Part shown: piece by piece, positions 9,754 to 18,428 of the stretch
Position numbering within the stretch: the stretch's first letter is position 1
Layout of the letters: each line of letters starts with the position of its first letter
NCBI GenBank assembly: GCA_963783425.1
Contig: CAWANO010000010.1
Span: forward strand, 763,851-827,850
Origin: an uncultured delta proteobacterium
Lineage (GTDB): Bacteria > Desulfobacterota > Desulfobacteria > Desulfobacterales > QNYZ01
DNA: 64,000 bases
Direction: 5' to 3'
Made by a program: the position numbers and the translations under genes
Notes under the pieces: generated by a model
What the model saw: the letters and a program-made list of their open reading frames with translations, nothing else
Databases searched by the model: none
What the model was told of the DNA's origin: nothing

Positions 9754-10354
9754 TGGGCTCCGGCTCCTCTTGGGTGTCGTATTGTAGTTGTAAATCCCGG
9801 TGATGTTCGTCGACGCGTCCGTCGCTGCGCTCGGTTTGCTCAACAACGATGACGCGGTCTTTTAGAATCTGAGCCACGCGCCCGCCGCGTAGGCCCAAAT
9901 GGGTCCCGATCTCGACAATATGGCCCTTTCCGTCACTCTCTTCGAGCAGGGCTTTGGGTTCCCCGCGGCTCCGAAATGTGGAGGTGAGTTTGAGTTGGTC
10001 GAGAGCGATGGTCTCAAGGGCCGTCTGGGGAGAGCGGCGGCGATAGCGCGGTTCTGATGCCGTTAGCGGATCGGCCTCTGATTCCACTAGAGGGACGAAG
10101 GGGTCGCGCCTGGCTGAAAAGGCGGGCCCTTGCTGACGCGGTAGCATCAGGGCATTGGGGTGGCTCAGACTATTTTGACTAGCGCTCTGGTGTGTCGGAT
10201 TTTGGGGTTTGTGCTTAACTGGTTCGGCCAGCTGGTTGGTGGCCGGCGCCGTCGTCGGGGTGGCCGTCTGTGTGCTGTCACCGCACCCGATCAAGAGCGC
10301 CCCCACCAGAAACACTCCCCAAAAGTGTCCCGTGATCTTGGCCCGTGCTGTCAT
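9734..10354 (-). CDS. pilP: Type IV pilus assembly lipoprotein PilP-like
   Basis: Lipobox LLIGCGDS, a low-complexity linker and a C-terminal beta-domain (GHIVEIGTHLGLRGGRVAQILKDRVIV). Position is between pilO and pilQ. Confidence 0.6.
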   Translation of the reverse strand: MTARAKITGHFWGVFLVGALLIGCGDSTQTATPTTAPATNQLAEPVKHKPQNPTHQSASQNSLSHPNALMLPRQQGPAFSARRDPFVPLVESEADPLTASEPRYRRRSPQTALETIALDQLKLTSTFRSRGEPKALLEESDGKGHIVEIGTHLGLRGGRVAQILKDRVIVVEQTERSDGRVDEHHRDLQLQYDTQEEPEPSESSVQ

Positions 10355-10980
10355 GAGGCTGTCTCCTCAGGGCGATTTTGAGTGGCGGTGTCGTCAAATT
10401 TATAGGTAACCGCCCGGCAGTCAACCTTGAGCCACCCGCTGATCGGGTCTGGCGCCATGGTGATGGTGTCGATGTTGACCACGCGTGGCAGGTTCGCCAC
10501 CGATTCGAAAAAGCGGCCCACGCCGCCGAAGCTGCCCGTTACACTGATCTTGATGGGAATCTCGGCGTAGAAAGTGAAATCCGTCGCCGGCTGCGGCTCA
10601 AAGAGCAGAAATTCGAGCCCGGCCGCCTTTCCGGCATCGCTGATACTGGCCAGCAGCGATGGAATTTCATCACTGGAGGGCAGCGCTTGCAAGGCGTGGT
10701 TGAATGCAGCCTCCACCCGACGGGCCAGCTGTTCGGTCTCGTCGGCCCGTTCGGCTTTGCGCTTGAGCAGATCAAGCTGCGCCGACAATACCTTTTGATC
10801 GCTCTGCAGAGCGCGGAGCTGCAAGTTCTTGGGCAGATAGGAAAGCCAGGCAAAGAGCAGCATCGGCAGCAGCACGCCCAGTAGGGCCATGAGCAGGCGC
10901 TGCCAGCGCGGTATGGTAAAATAGCGTTCGGTCAGGCTGTCGATGCGCCCCGTCGATGGGGTATCGTGGTTAAAGACCAT
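10351..10980 (-). CDS. pilO: Type IV pilus assembly protein PilO
   Basis: 209 aa. Single TM (LLMALLGVLLPMLLFAWLSYL), a coiled-coil segment and a ferredoxin-like C-terminal domain. Synteny is pilN-pilO-pilP. Confidence 0.7.
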   Translation of the reverse strand: MVFNHDTPSTGRIDSLTERYFTIPRWQRLLMALLGVLLPMLLFAWLSYLPKNLQLRALQSDQKVLSAQLDLLKRKAERADETEQLARRVEAAFNHALQALPSSDEIPSLLASISDAGKAAGLEFLLFEPQPATDFTFYAEIPIKISVTGSFGGVGRFFESVANLPRVVNIDTITMAPDPISGWLKVDCRAVTYKFDDTATQNRPEETAS

Positions 10981-10982
10981 AA

Positions 10983-11567
10983 TCAGGTCCCACCGTCGGG
11001 CCTTACGTCCGTAGCGCTCGGCTCCGGTTGCCAGTTGCAGCCGATGGCAAAGGCTTTGAGGTGTGTATCAGCGTTGAATGTTTGGCGCTTGAGCAATTTC
11101 AACCCCACCGTCGCAAACAGGGGCGATTTTTCGAGCCGGGTTAAAAAATCGGCCACGGTTTTTTCATCCATGGCCACACCGCTGATCTCAACCCCCGTGG
11201 CGCTGCTCGTCAGGCTCGTCAACCACATGCGCTCCGATATGAGATTGGCGGAGACATCGTTGAGCAACGCCACCGGTCGGAAGCGCCCCTGTTCGAGGCC
11301 GCCGATAATGGCCATCTTCTGTTTCAAAATCCGGGCCTTCTCCTGATTGGCCGTCACCTGACGGTTCATTTGGTGGTAGGCTGTCACCTGCTGGCGGATA
11401 TGCTCGCTTTCGGTCGTGAGCTGTTTGATGTGTCCGGTCAGGTGAAGGTGGTATCCCACCAGGGCCGTCAGCAAGAGAGCCATGGTTGCGGCGGCAACCG
11501 TCAGCATCCGTTTGAAACCAAGCCTGGATTGATATTGACGATAGGGCAGCAAGTTGATGCGGATCAT
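10983..11567 (-). CDS. pilN: Type IV pilus assembly protein PilN
   Basis: N-terminal MIRINLLPYRQ motif, a TM helix and a coiled coil. It overlaps the pilM stop by 4 nt. Confidence 0.75.
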   Translation of the reverse strand: MIRINLLPYRQYQSRLGFKRMLTVAAATMALLLTALVGYHLHLTGHIKQLTTESEHIRQQVTAYHQMNRQVTANQEKARILKQKMAIIGGLEQGRFRPVALLNDVSANLISERMWLTSLTSSATGVEISGVAMDEKTVADFLTRLEKSPLFATVGLKLLKRQTFNADTHLKAFAIGCNWQPEPSATDVRPDGGT

Positions 11568-12619
11568 TTGTCGTTGGCCCTCCGTAAAGCCAGACCGACG
11601 CTGATAGCCGCTTGGGGGGCAACGCCACGAATGGTGCGGGTGTCGAATCGGTCGGTTTTGATCACGATGGGTCCAAATGGATCGAGCAGGTCAATTTCTA
11701 TGCCGGTTTCCAGCGCCAGCTGCTGCCTGAAGACCGGCACGTTAGCGCCACCGCCGCTCAAGTAGATGTGAGTGATGGGTTGGGTGGCGTAGCTGTTGCT
11801 GTAAATCTTCACGGTTTGGCCGATTTCGGTGCACCAGCGGTTGGTAATGTCCAGCTCGAGGCGGTAGAACTGGTCCGTGGCGATGCCGCGGGCGCTGTCG
11901 CCGAATTTGATGCGTTGCGCCTCGGCCTCGCTACAGCCCTGCTGCTGGGCGATGCGCTGGTCGATTTGCCGGCAGCCGAAAGGCAGGTTGCGGCTAAACA
12001 GCGGCAGCCCGTCCTGCACGACGCAAAAAAGGGTGCTTTGGGCGCCAATATCGATCAGAGCCACCGTCTCCTTAGCGTGAGGGTGGCCCTGATAGAAGCT
12101 GTTTTGAAGAGCGAAAAGGTCCACATCCACGATGCACGCTTTTAAATTGGCCGCCGCGGTGGCCTGCAGGTAAGCGTTGATGGTCTCTTTTTTGGCCGCT
12201 ACCACCAAAATGTCCATCAAGTGCGGGTTAACGGGGTGGTCGCCGATGACGTGAAAATCGATGTTGACCTCTTCGAGGCCGAAGGGGATGTGATGCTCGC
12301 TCTCCAGCAAGACTCGTTCGTAAAGATAGTCATCGGCGCTTTTTTCAAGAGCGATGGTCTCTTTGACGACCGTCTGGCTGTTTAGGGCCAGCGCCACTTG
12401 ACGGGTTTTGAAATCGTAGCGCTGAAAGAGCTCACTCAAGGCATCGGAAAGATGGGCCATATTGGCAACGGCCCCCTGTTCGATGGTGCCGGTTGGCAGT
12501 TCGAGATGGCCGTATTGGCTTAAGGTATGGCCTCTTTTTAACGGCGTCAGCTCGACCGCCTTGATGACTGCCGAGCCGATGTCTAAACCGACGATTTGTT
12601 GTTTTTGACGGAACGGCAT
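11564..12619 (-). CDS. pilM: Type IV pilus assembly ATPase-fold protein PilM
   Basis: 351 aa. Actin-like fold motifs IVGLDIGSAVIKAVEL and ALIDIGAQSTLF. It heads the pilMNOPQ operon. Confidence 0.85.
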   Translation of the reverse strand: MPFRQKQQIVGLDIGSAVIKAVELTPLKRGHTLSQYGHLELPTGTIEQGAVANMAHLSDALSELFQRYDFKTRQVALALNSQTVVKETIALEKSADDYLYERVLLESEHHIPFGLEEVNIDFHVIGDHPVNPHLMDILVVAAKKETINAYLQATAAANLKACIVDVDLFALQNSFYQGHPHAKETVALIDIGAQSTLFCVVQDGLPLFSRNLPFGCRQIDQRIAQQQGCSEAEAQRIKFGDSARGIATDQFYRLELDITNRWCTEIGQTVKIYSNSYATQPITHIYLSGGGANVPVFRQQLALETGIEIDLLDPFGPIVIKTDRFDTRTIRGVAPQAAISVGLALRRANDK

Positions 12620-12863
12620 GGGTGCGCTTTGCCAAGGGTCTTCATCATTACAAATGATTACAGGTGGTTTGAGCCCTATTTTTCACAAATCGGGTTCTCC
12701 CGTCAACATCTTATTGCCCGAAACAGGCCCGTCCCAGCCTCAGGCGGCAATTGCTTGACGCCTGTGGGCCCATCGGCTATTTTGGCCGCTGAGAGTGTTA
12801 TCCAGCAGCGTTGGCTTTGGCGCCGCATTTTTTCCGCGCCGGCTACCGGTATAGGAGCGCTGA

Positions 12864-14315
12864 TTGATCATGTCCCCCAAAAGCGATCAGATTAAGCATG
12901 AGAAGCCGTTTCGCCTGGTCAAGGCCTTCACGGCCTCCAGTCTTCTGCTGATATTTATAGGAACGGTGGTCATTAGCGCCATGAACATCCGTTACGCCCG
13001 CCGTATTCAGCTGGAAAAAAGCAAGGAGTATGCCCTGGCGCTGGTGGAAAACCTCAACCACCAGGTTTTTCTGCAGTTCATCGTGCCCGTGGCCTTGCGC
13101 TATGGGCGTATCCAGTTGCGCGAGCCCGATCAGTTCGAGCGTCTGGACAAAGTGGTGCGCGCCACTTTGCACAGTTTTAAGATTGACGCAGTCCATATCT
13201 TCGACATGAGCGGCACCGTTTCCTACAGCTTCGACCAGGCCTTGATCGGCAAGACGGATCTGGGCGGACAAGGCTATCAGCGTGCCCTGGAGGGCTATCC
13301 CAACTCGGTTCTCAAGCAAATCGGCAGCTTTTGGCAGATCTATCTGGGCATTCCCAAAAAGAGCCTGATGGTGACCTTTGCGCCTTTGCGGGCGGAAAAG
13401 CTGCTGTCGACCATCTCCGGGCCGGTGGTGGGCGTGGTTGAGATCGTGCAGGACATCACTGAAGAGTATCGGCGTATCTCTCACTACCAGACCCTGATCA
13501 TCGCCACCAGCGCCCTGGTCATGGGGGTGCTCTTTTTCGCGTTACGCTTCATGGTCAAACGTGGCGAGGAGATCATTGAACAAAGGGCGCTGGAGCGCTT
13601 GCGGCTCGAAGAGCAGCTGGCCCGTGCCAAGCACTTTTCGTCACTGGGCGAAATGACCGCCGGCATTTCACACGAGATCCGCAACCCGTTGGGTATCATT
13701 CGCAGCTCGGCGGATCTGCTGGCCAAAAAAATGGCTCAACTGGAGCCGGGCAACCAGATCCCGGCGGTTATCGTGGAAGAGACTCGGCGTCTAGACAACA
13801 TCATTACCGATTTTCTTAACTATGCACGGCCGCGTCCGCCCAATCTGACCAACTGCCAGGTGATCGAGGTGATCGAGAAGAACCTCGATTTTCTCAAGCC
13901 GCAGTTGATGGCCAGGGGTTACACGGTTATCAAGGATTTCAGTGAGCCGTTGCCAACGGTGATGGCCGATACCGACATGCTCTATCAGGCCTTTTTGAAC
14001 ATCTTAATCAATGCCATGCAGGCCATGCCCGACGGCGGCGTGATTCGCATCCGCGCCATGTTGCAGGGCCGTCTGGTGGTGATCTGTTTCGATGACGAGG
14101 GTCAGGGGGTGGCCGAGGAACAGATGGAAAAGGTGCTCGATCCTTTTTTCACCACCAAACCCAAAGGCAGCGGTTTGGGGCTTGGCATCGTCAAGAACAT
14201 CATCGAGGTACACGAAGGCGAACTGCGCCTATCAAACCGCACCGCCGGCGGCTTGCGGGTCGAAGTGCGGCTGCCATCACAAGCCGAATTCGCCATTGGG
14301 CAAGATCAGCTTTGA
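12864..14315 (+). CDS. Sensor histidine kinase (two TM segments, HisKA + HATPase_c)
   Basis: H-box GISHEIRNPL; N/G boxes NILINAMQAM, DDEGQGV, GSGLGLGIV. Two TM helices flank a roughly 170-aa extracytoplasmic region. Alternative ATG start at 12870. Confidence 0.85.
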   Translation: MIMSPKSDQIKHEKPFRLVKAFTASSLLLIFIGTVVISAMNIRYARRIQLEKSKEYALALVENLNHQVFLQFIVPVALRYGRIQLREPDQFERLDKVVRATLHSFKIDAVHIFDMSGTVSYSFDQALIGKTDLGGQGYQRALEGYPNSVLKQIGSFWQIYLGIPKKSLMVTFAPLRAEKLLSTISGPVVGVVEIVQDITEEYRRISHYQTLIIATSALVMGVLFFALRFMVKRGEEIIEQRALERLRLEEQLARAKHFSSLGEMTAGISHEIRNPLGIIRSSADLLAKKMAQLEPGNQIPAVIVEETRRLDNIITDFLNYARPRPPNLTNCQVIEVIEKNLDFLKPQLMARGYTVIKDFSEPLPTVMADTDMLYQAFLNILINAMQAMPDGGVIRIRAMLQGRLVVICFDDEGQGVAEEQMEKVLDPFFTTKPKGSGLGLGIVKNIIEVHEGELRLSNRTAGGLRVEVRLPSQAEFAIGQDQL

Positions 14316-14322
14316 GGAAAAA

Positions 14323-15705
14323 ATGGAAACGGTTCTAATCGTAGACGATGAGAAAAACTACCCGCCTGTCATCAGCGCTGTTTTGCAGGAAGAAGGGTAT
14401 GAAACACTTATGGCCAACAGCGGCCAGGAGGCACTGGAGGTGTTGCGGAAAAACGAAGTGGCGCTAGTGTTGACTGACATGAAAATGCCTGTCATGGACG
14501 GCATGGCCTTGCTGGAGAAAATCAAATCCAAGGATCCCGACCTGCCCGTGATGATGATGACGGCCTTCGGTACTGTGGAAAAGGCGGTGGAGGCTATGCA
14601 AAAGGGGGCCTACAATTACATTCTGAAGCCGTTCGACAACCAGCAGCTCATCGCCTATGTCAACCGGGCCGTGGCCCACTACCAGATCGTGCGTGAAAAC
14701 CGCAGCCTCCGCAACGCTTTTCGCGAGCGTTACAGCTTCGGCAACATCATTGGCCGCAGCAAACCGATGCAGGCGGTATTCGAGCTGATCCGCAAAGTGG
14801 CCCCGGCCAGCGCCTCGGTGCTGATCGAGGGCGAAAGCGGCACCGGCAAGGAGCTGGTGGCCAAATCGATTCACTACAACAGCCCCCGCCACGACAAGTC
14901 CTTTGTGGCCGTTAACTGCTCGGCCTTGGCTGAAACTCTGCTGGAGAGCGAACTTTTCGGTCATGAAAAGGGGGCTTTCACCGGCGCCGTGGCCACCAAG
15001 AAGGGGCGCTTCGAGCTGGCTACGGGCGGCACCCTCTTTCTGGACGAAATCGGTGAGTTGTCACCCAACCTGCAGGTCAAGCTGTTGCGGGTGTTGCAGG
15101 AAAAGCGCATCGAACGAGTGGGCGGGGTCCAATCACTGGATGTGGATATTCGGCTTCTGGCGGCCACCAATAAAGATCTCAAGAAAGAAATCGCCGCCGG
15201 GCGCTTCCGGGAAGATTTATATTATCGATTGAATGTGGTCTATATCGGCATGCCGCCGCTTCGCGTTCGAAGTGAAGATATTCCACTGCTCGTGCAGCAT
15301 TTTATCAAGAAATATGCCAGCGAACGGACCGCCGCCGAGGCGGTCACGGGCATCGACCAGGATGTGGCGCGCCTTTTTTATGAGTACCCCTGGCCCGGTA
15401 ATGTGCGTGAGCTGGAGAATGTAATCGAACGGGCCATCATCCTAGCGCCGCAGGCCTTGATAAAGGTCTCGGACCTACCCCGGGAGTTTCGGCAAAACGC
15501 CTATCAAAGCCTCGATCTGGAAGATATCCCGGAAAACGCCAAGCTCTACGACACCCTGGCCATGGTCGAACAGATGATGATCCAGCGGGCTTTGCGGCTC
15601 TCCGGTAATGTTCAAGCCCGGGCGGCCGAGCTGCTGGGTATCGGCAAAAGCGGCCTCAACCAGAAAATTAAGAAGTTTGGACTTGATCTTAGCGACAGGC
15701 GCTGA
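14323..15705 (+). CDS. Sigma-54-dependent response regulator (NtrC/PilR family; REC + AAA+ + Fis HTH)
   Basis: The ORF track begins inside the kinase gene. The real start is ATG 14323 (METVLIVDDE). Walker A GESGTGKE, GAFTGA loop (HEKGAFTGA) and a C-terminal HTH (RAAELLGIGKSGLNQKIKKFG). Confidence 0.9.
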   Translation: METVLIVDDEKNYPPVISAVLQEEGYETLMANSGQEALEVLRKNEVALVLTDMKMPVMDGMALLEKIKSKDPDLPVMMMTAFGTVEKAVEAMQKGAYNYILKPFDNQQLIAYVNRAVAHYQIVRENRSLRNAFRERYSFGNIIGRSKPMQAVFELIRKVAPASASVLIEGESGTGKELVAKSIHYNSPRHDKSFVAVNCSALAETLLESELFGHEKGAFTGAVATKKGRFELATGGTLFLDEIGELSPNLQVKLLRVLQEKRIERVGGVQSLDVDIRLLAATNKDLKKEIAAGRFREDLYYRLNVVYIGMPPLRVRSEDIPLLVQHFIKKYASERTAAEAVTGIDQDVARLFYEYPWPGNVRELENVIERAIILAPQALIKVSDLPREFRQNAYQSLDLEDIPENAKLYDTLAMVEQMMIQRALRLSGNVQARAAELLGIGKSGLNQKIKKFGLDLSDRR

Positions 15706-15717
15706 CCCGCATCGCCG

Positions 15718-16410
15718 TTATCCCTTAGCGGCCTCTTTGGCGAGGGGGGCGTAAGCGGAGTCGGGATAATCGGTGACGATTTTTTCAAACATGTCGGCGG
15801 CCTCGTCGCTCTTGTCCTGGGCTTGGGCGATGATGGCGGCGTTAAAGAGCGATTCGGCGGATAGCGGCGCGGGCGCGCCTTGGGCGGCCTGCTCGAACTG
15901 GGTGCGGGCGCCGGCCAGGTCTTCTTTAGCCAGCAAGGCCTTGCCCAGGTTGGCACGGATCATGGGGCTGTAAAAAGAAGTGCCCTGAGTGTCGCCCAAG
16001 GCCGTCTGATAAAGTTTCAGGGCCTGGTCGTATTGACCGGCGCGAAAACCGATGTTGGCATAAATGACCCGTCCGATCTGTGCTGCCGGGGTGCTTCCGT
16101 GGTTGTCGAGCAGCGCCTCATAATCGGATTTGACTTTTTCATAAGCTTTCAGCGGATCCTTTGCCCCATCCTGGAGCTGTTCGACGTAGGCGCTGTTGGC
16201 TTTGCTGAGCATGCCAAAAGCGCTGCGGTTTGTGGTGTGCTGGTAGTAGCGATAGCCAGAAACCGCCGCCAAAACTACGAAAAGCGCAATGACGCCGTAG
16301 GTTAACTGGCGTTGGTAGCGGGTACCGAACTGGATCAGGCGCCCCATGGTCGTGATGAACTCGTCGGGCTCCTTGAGTAATTTTTTGCGATTAAGGGGTT
16401 TTTTGGCCAT
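15718..16410 (-). CDS. Membrane-anchored TPR protein (YfgM-like)
   Basis: 230 aa. N-terminal TM (LTYGVIALFVVLAAVSGY) followed by TPR-like helices. Confidence 0.6.
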   Translation of the reverse strand: MAKKPLNRKKLLKEPDEFITTMGRLIQFGTRYQRQLTYGVIALFVVLAAVSGYRYYQHTTNRSAFGMLSKANSAYVEQLQDGAKDPLKAYEKVKSDYEALLDNHGSTPAAQIGRVIYANIGFRAGQYDQALKLYQTALGDTQGTSFYSPMIRANLGKALLAKEDLAGARTQFEQAAQGAPAPLSAESLFNAAIIAQAQDKSDEAADMFEKIVTDYPDSAYAPLAKEAAKG

Positions 16411-16507
16411 GCGTCGATAATCCTTGTGTGTTAAGCGGCGACCTGGTCAGAGGGTGTTCAGGAACACCGATAGGCTCGCCGAATCATATTGCTTTAAGCC
16501 GGTCTTC

Positions 16508-16962
16508 CTACCACACCAGCGAATTGTGAAGCCAGCCCTGATCCCCATCGGCGTGCTCGATCTCTAACCAATCCCCTTCACGTTTGAGCACCTTAAAGGG
16601 GACACCACCGTCGCTGGTAAAGAGTATGTCGTGATCGGTGCCCGGGCCGGAACGTACATTGCAGTTATTTTTATCTTTACGGATGATGACGGTGGAGACC
16701 TTACCCACCAGAGACGCGTGTACCCAGGCGGTGTCATTTTCAAAATCTTTGAAGTGATACCAGCCATCTTTTTTTCGATGACTTCGATGGGGTGGTACTT
16801 CTCCACCTTCCAAACCTCCGCAAACTCGGTGCCCGGGCCGGAGCGTACATTGGCGGTGTCAACCGTGATGGCCATGCGGTCGGCAAAAACGGGCTGGGCG
16901 AGAAGGGTTAAAGCAAGGCTGGCCAGAGCGATGATCAAAAGGTTCGGTGGTCTCTTTGGCAT
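16508..16962 (-). pseudogene. Secreted tandem SH3b-domain protein, split by a 1-nt frameshift in an A7 run
   Basis: Two overlapping ORFs (16564..16962 and 16508..16813) in different frames. The first supplies a signal peptide and SH3b repeat 1 (VDTANVRSGPGTEFAEVWKVEKYHPIEVIEKK). The second supplies DGWYHFKDF... and SH3b repeat 2 (CNVRSGPGTDHDILF...GDWLEIEH). They join if the T7 run at 16769-16775 (A7 on the coding strand) were 8 nt long. Confidence 0.7.
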
Positions 16963-17037
16963 AGTGATCAGCTTTCCTTTGGCTCGATGTTTGGTGGGTT
17001 GTCCGGGGCGCTGACGCGCGCTTGCTGGACCCCTAAT

Positions 17038-17973
17038 CTATGGCACCCAAAAGACCCGCCGGGGTGCGTCCAAGCGCGTCAGCCCGGCCTTTCGGGCTGC
17101 TTGGTGCGCCGCCTTGACGGCCTGGGCCGTGACTGGATGATCCAAGCCGGGCATGTTTACGGCCTCGCCACAGGGCCGATATTGGCCCATGACATTGACA
17201 TAGGTGTCGGTGGAGATTTCACGGGCGATAAACTGCATGACCTGCGGCGTACCCGCTATATCCCTTGGCATCACCAAATGGCGCAACAAAAGGCCGCGCC
17301 GGGCGATGCCGTCGGCATCGATCACCAGATCCCCCACCTGGCGGTGCATCTCCTTGACCGCCCGGCGGGCCGCCTGGGGGTAATCGGGCGCGTTGCAGAG
17401 CGTCTTAGCCACGAGCGGGTCCCAAAACTTGAAATCGGGCATGTAGATATCGACGACACCGTCGAGAGTCTCCAGTGTTTCGACTCGATCATAGCCACCA
17501 CTGTTGTAAACCAGGGGGATGTTGAGCCCGTCATCCGCCGCCAGGGCCAGCGCCTCAAGAATCTGCGGCACGACGTGGGAGGGTGTCACCAGATTGATAT
17601 TGTGGCACCCTTGGGCCTGAAGCGCAATCATGATACTTGCTAGGGTTCTGGCGTTGACCGGCTCGCCCGCACCCTGGTGGCTGATGTCAAAGTTCTGGCA
17701 GAACCGACACAACAGGTTGCAGTCGGTGAAAAAGATCGTCCCGGAACCGTTGCGCCCACTCAGGGGCGTCTCTTCGCCATGGTGGGGTCCGTAGCTGCTC
17801 ACCCGCGCCAGCCGGCCGGTTTGGCAGATGCCCCGCTCATCGGCGAGGCGGTCGACCTGGCACTGGTGGGGGCAGAGGCGGCACGGCTTCAAAATTGCCC
17901 TTGCACGGCCTATTTTGGCATCCATCCCTCCGGCGCGGATCGTTTGCAGATAGCAGGGCGGCGGGGTTGCCAT
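17038..17973 (-). CDS. Radical SAM protein, PflX-like (pyruvate formate-lyase activase-related)
   Basis: CxxxCxxC motif CNLLCRFCQN, with an upstream Cys-rich region CRLCPHQCQVDR...GICQ. The ORF track extends to 18258 across the fmdB-like gene; ATG 17973 (MATPPPCY) gives a typical length of about 311 aa. Confidence 0.75.
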   Translation of the reverse strand: MATPPPCYLQTIRAGGMDAKIGRARAILKPCRLCPHQCQVDRLADERGICQTGRLARVSSYGPHHGEETPLSGRNGSGTIFFTDCNLLCRFCQNFDISHQGAGEPVNARTLASIMIALQAQGCHNINLVTPSHVVPQILEALALAADDGLNIPLVYNSGGYDRVETLETLDGVVDIYMPDFKFWDPLVAKTLCNAPDYPQAARRAVKEMHRQVGDLVIDADGIARRGLLLRHLVMPRDIAGTPQVMQFIAREISTDTYVNVMGQYRPCGEAVNMPGLDHPVTAQAVKAAHQAARKAGLTRLDAPRRVFWVP

Positions 17974-18028
17974 GATCAATCGGATCTGCTGCTGTGCGTG
18001 CCGTGCGGTCCAGACGTCTGGCTCTCGA

Positions 18029-18268
18029 TCACGAGCAACCCGGAATCTCGTAGGTGGTGCAATTGCCGCTGGGACAGCTACGGGTAGTGCTGCTGGCGCC
18101 GGTGTTGCCGCCGCTTTGCCCCATGGCAAAGTTGGTGGAGCTGAGCACCCGCGAAAACTTCTGTGACCCGCACTCCGGACAAGCCACCTCTTTTTCTTCC
18201 TGTCCGTTGAAAAGCAGCACCTCGAAGAACGCTTCGCAATCGGAACATTTAAATTCATAAATCGGCAT
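18029..18268 (-). CDS. FmdB-family zinc-ribbon protein
   Basis: MPIYEFKCSDCEAFFEVL...CPECGS zinc-ribbon signature. SD AAGGAG lies upstream of ATG 18268. Confidence 0.8.
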   Translation of the reverse strand: MPIYEFKCSDCEAFFEVLLFNGQEEKEVACPECGSQKFSRVLSSTNFAMGQSGGNTGASSTTRSCPSGNCTTYEIPGCS

Positions 18269-18372
18269 GATTATGCTCCTTGGCCTCGGATATTCTCCAG
18301 CACCTCCGCCGCAAATCAGCACTACGGTACGGCGTGCCTTTGGAGGCCGGGTTTATGGCGTCAATGCGCAAA

Positions 18373-18388
18373 GGCAATTGTGTTGCCA
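18373..18388 (-). promoter_or_regulatory. Candidate sigma-54 promoter (-24/-12) upstream of the fmdB-like / radical SAM / SH3b genes
   Basis: The minus strand reads TGGCAACACAATTGCC, with GG and GC at the canonical 12-nt register, about 105 nt upstream of ATG 18268. The motif is also a 5-bp inverted repeat, so it could instead be a weak hairpin after recN. Confidence 0.3.
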
Positions 18389-18428
18389 TTGCTTAACCAT
18401 ATAATATAACCGTTCCAGTTCCATCTCG

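Noticed and set aside
12812-12827. TGGCTTTGGCGCCGCA as a sigma-54 promoter for the sensor kinase
   Set aside because: The register is correct but the -12 element is poor (CCGCA), and it lies only about 35 nt from the start codon.
17974-18258. N-terminal extension of the radical SAM ORF; similar 5' extensions occur at 20144-20296 (recN), 21477-21683 (gltB domain 2), 14092-14322 (response regulator) and 9754-9846 (pilQ)
   Set aside because: The extensions overlap well-supported upstream genes, have Arg/Pro/Ala-rich junk composition, and internal starts reproduce canonical N-termini.
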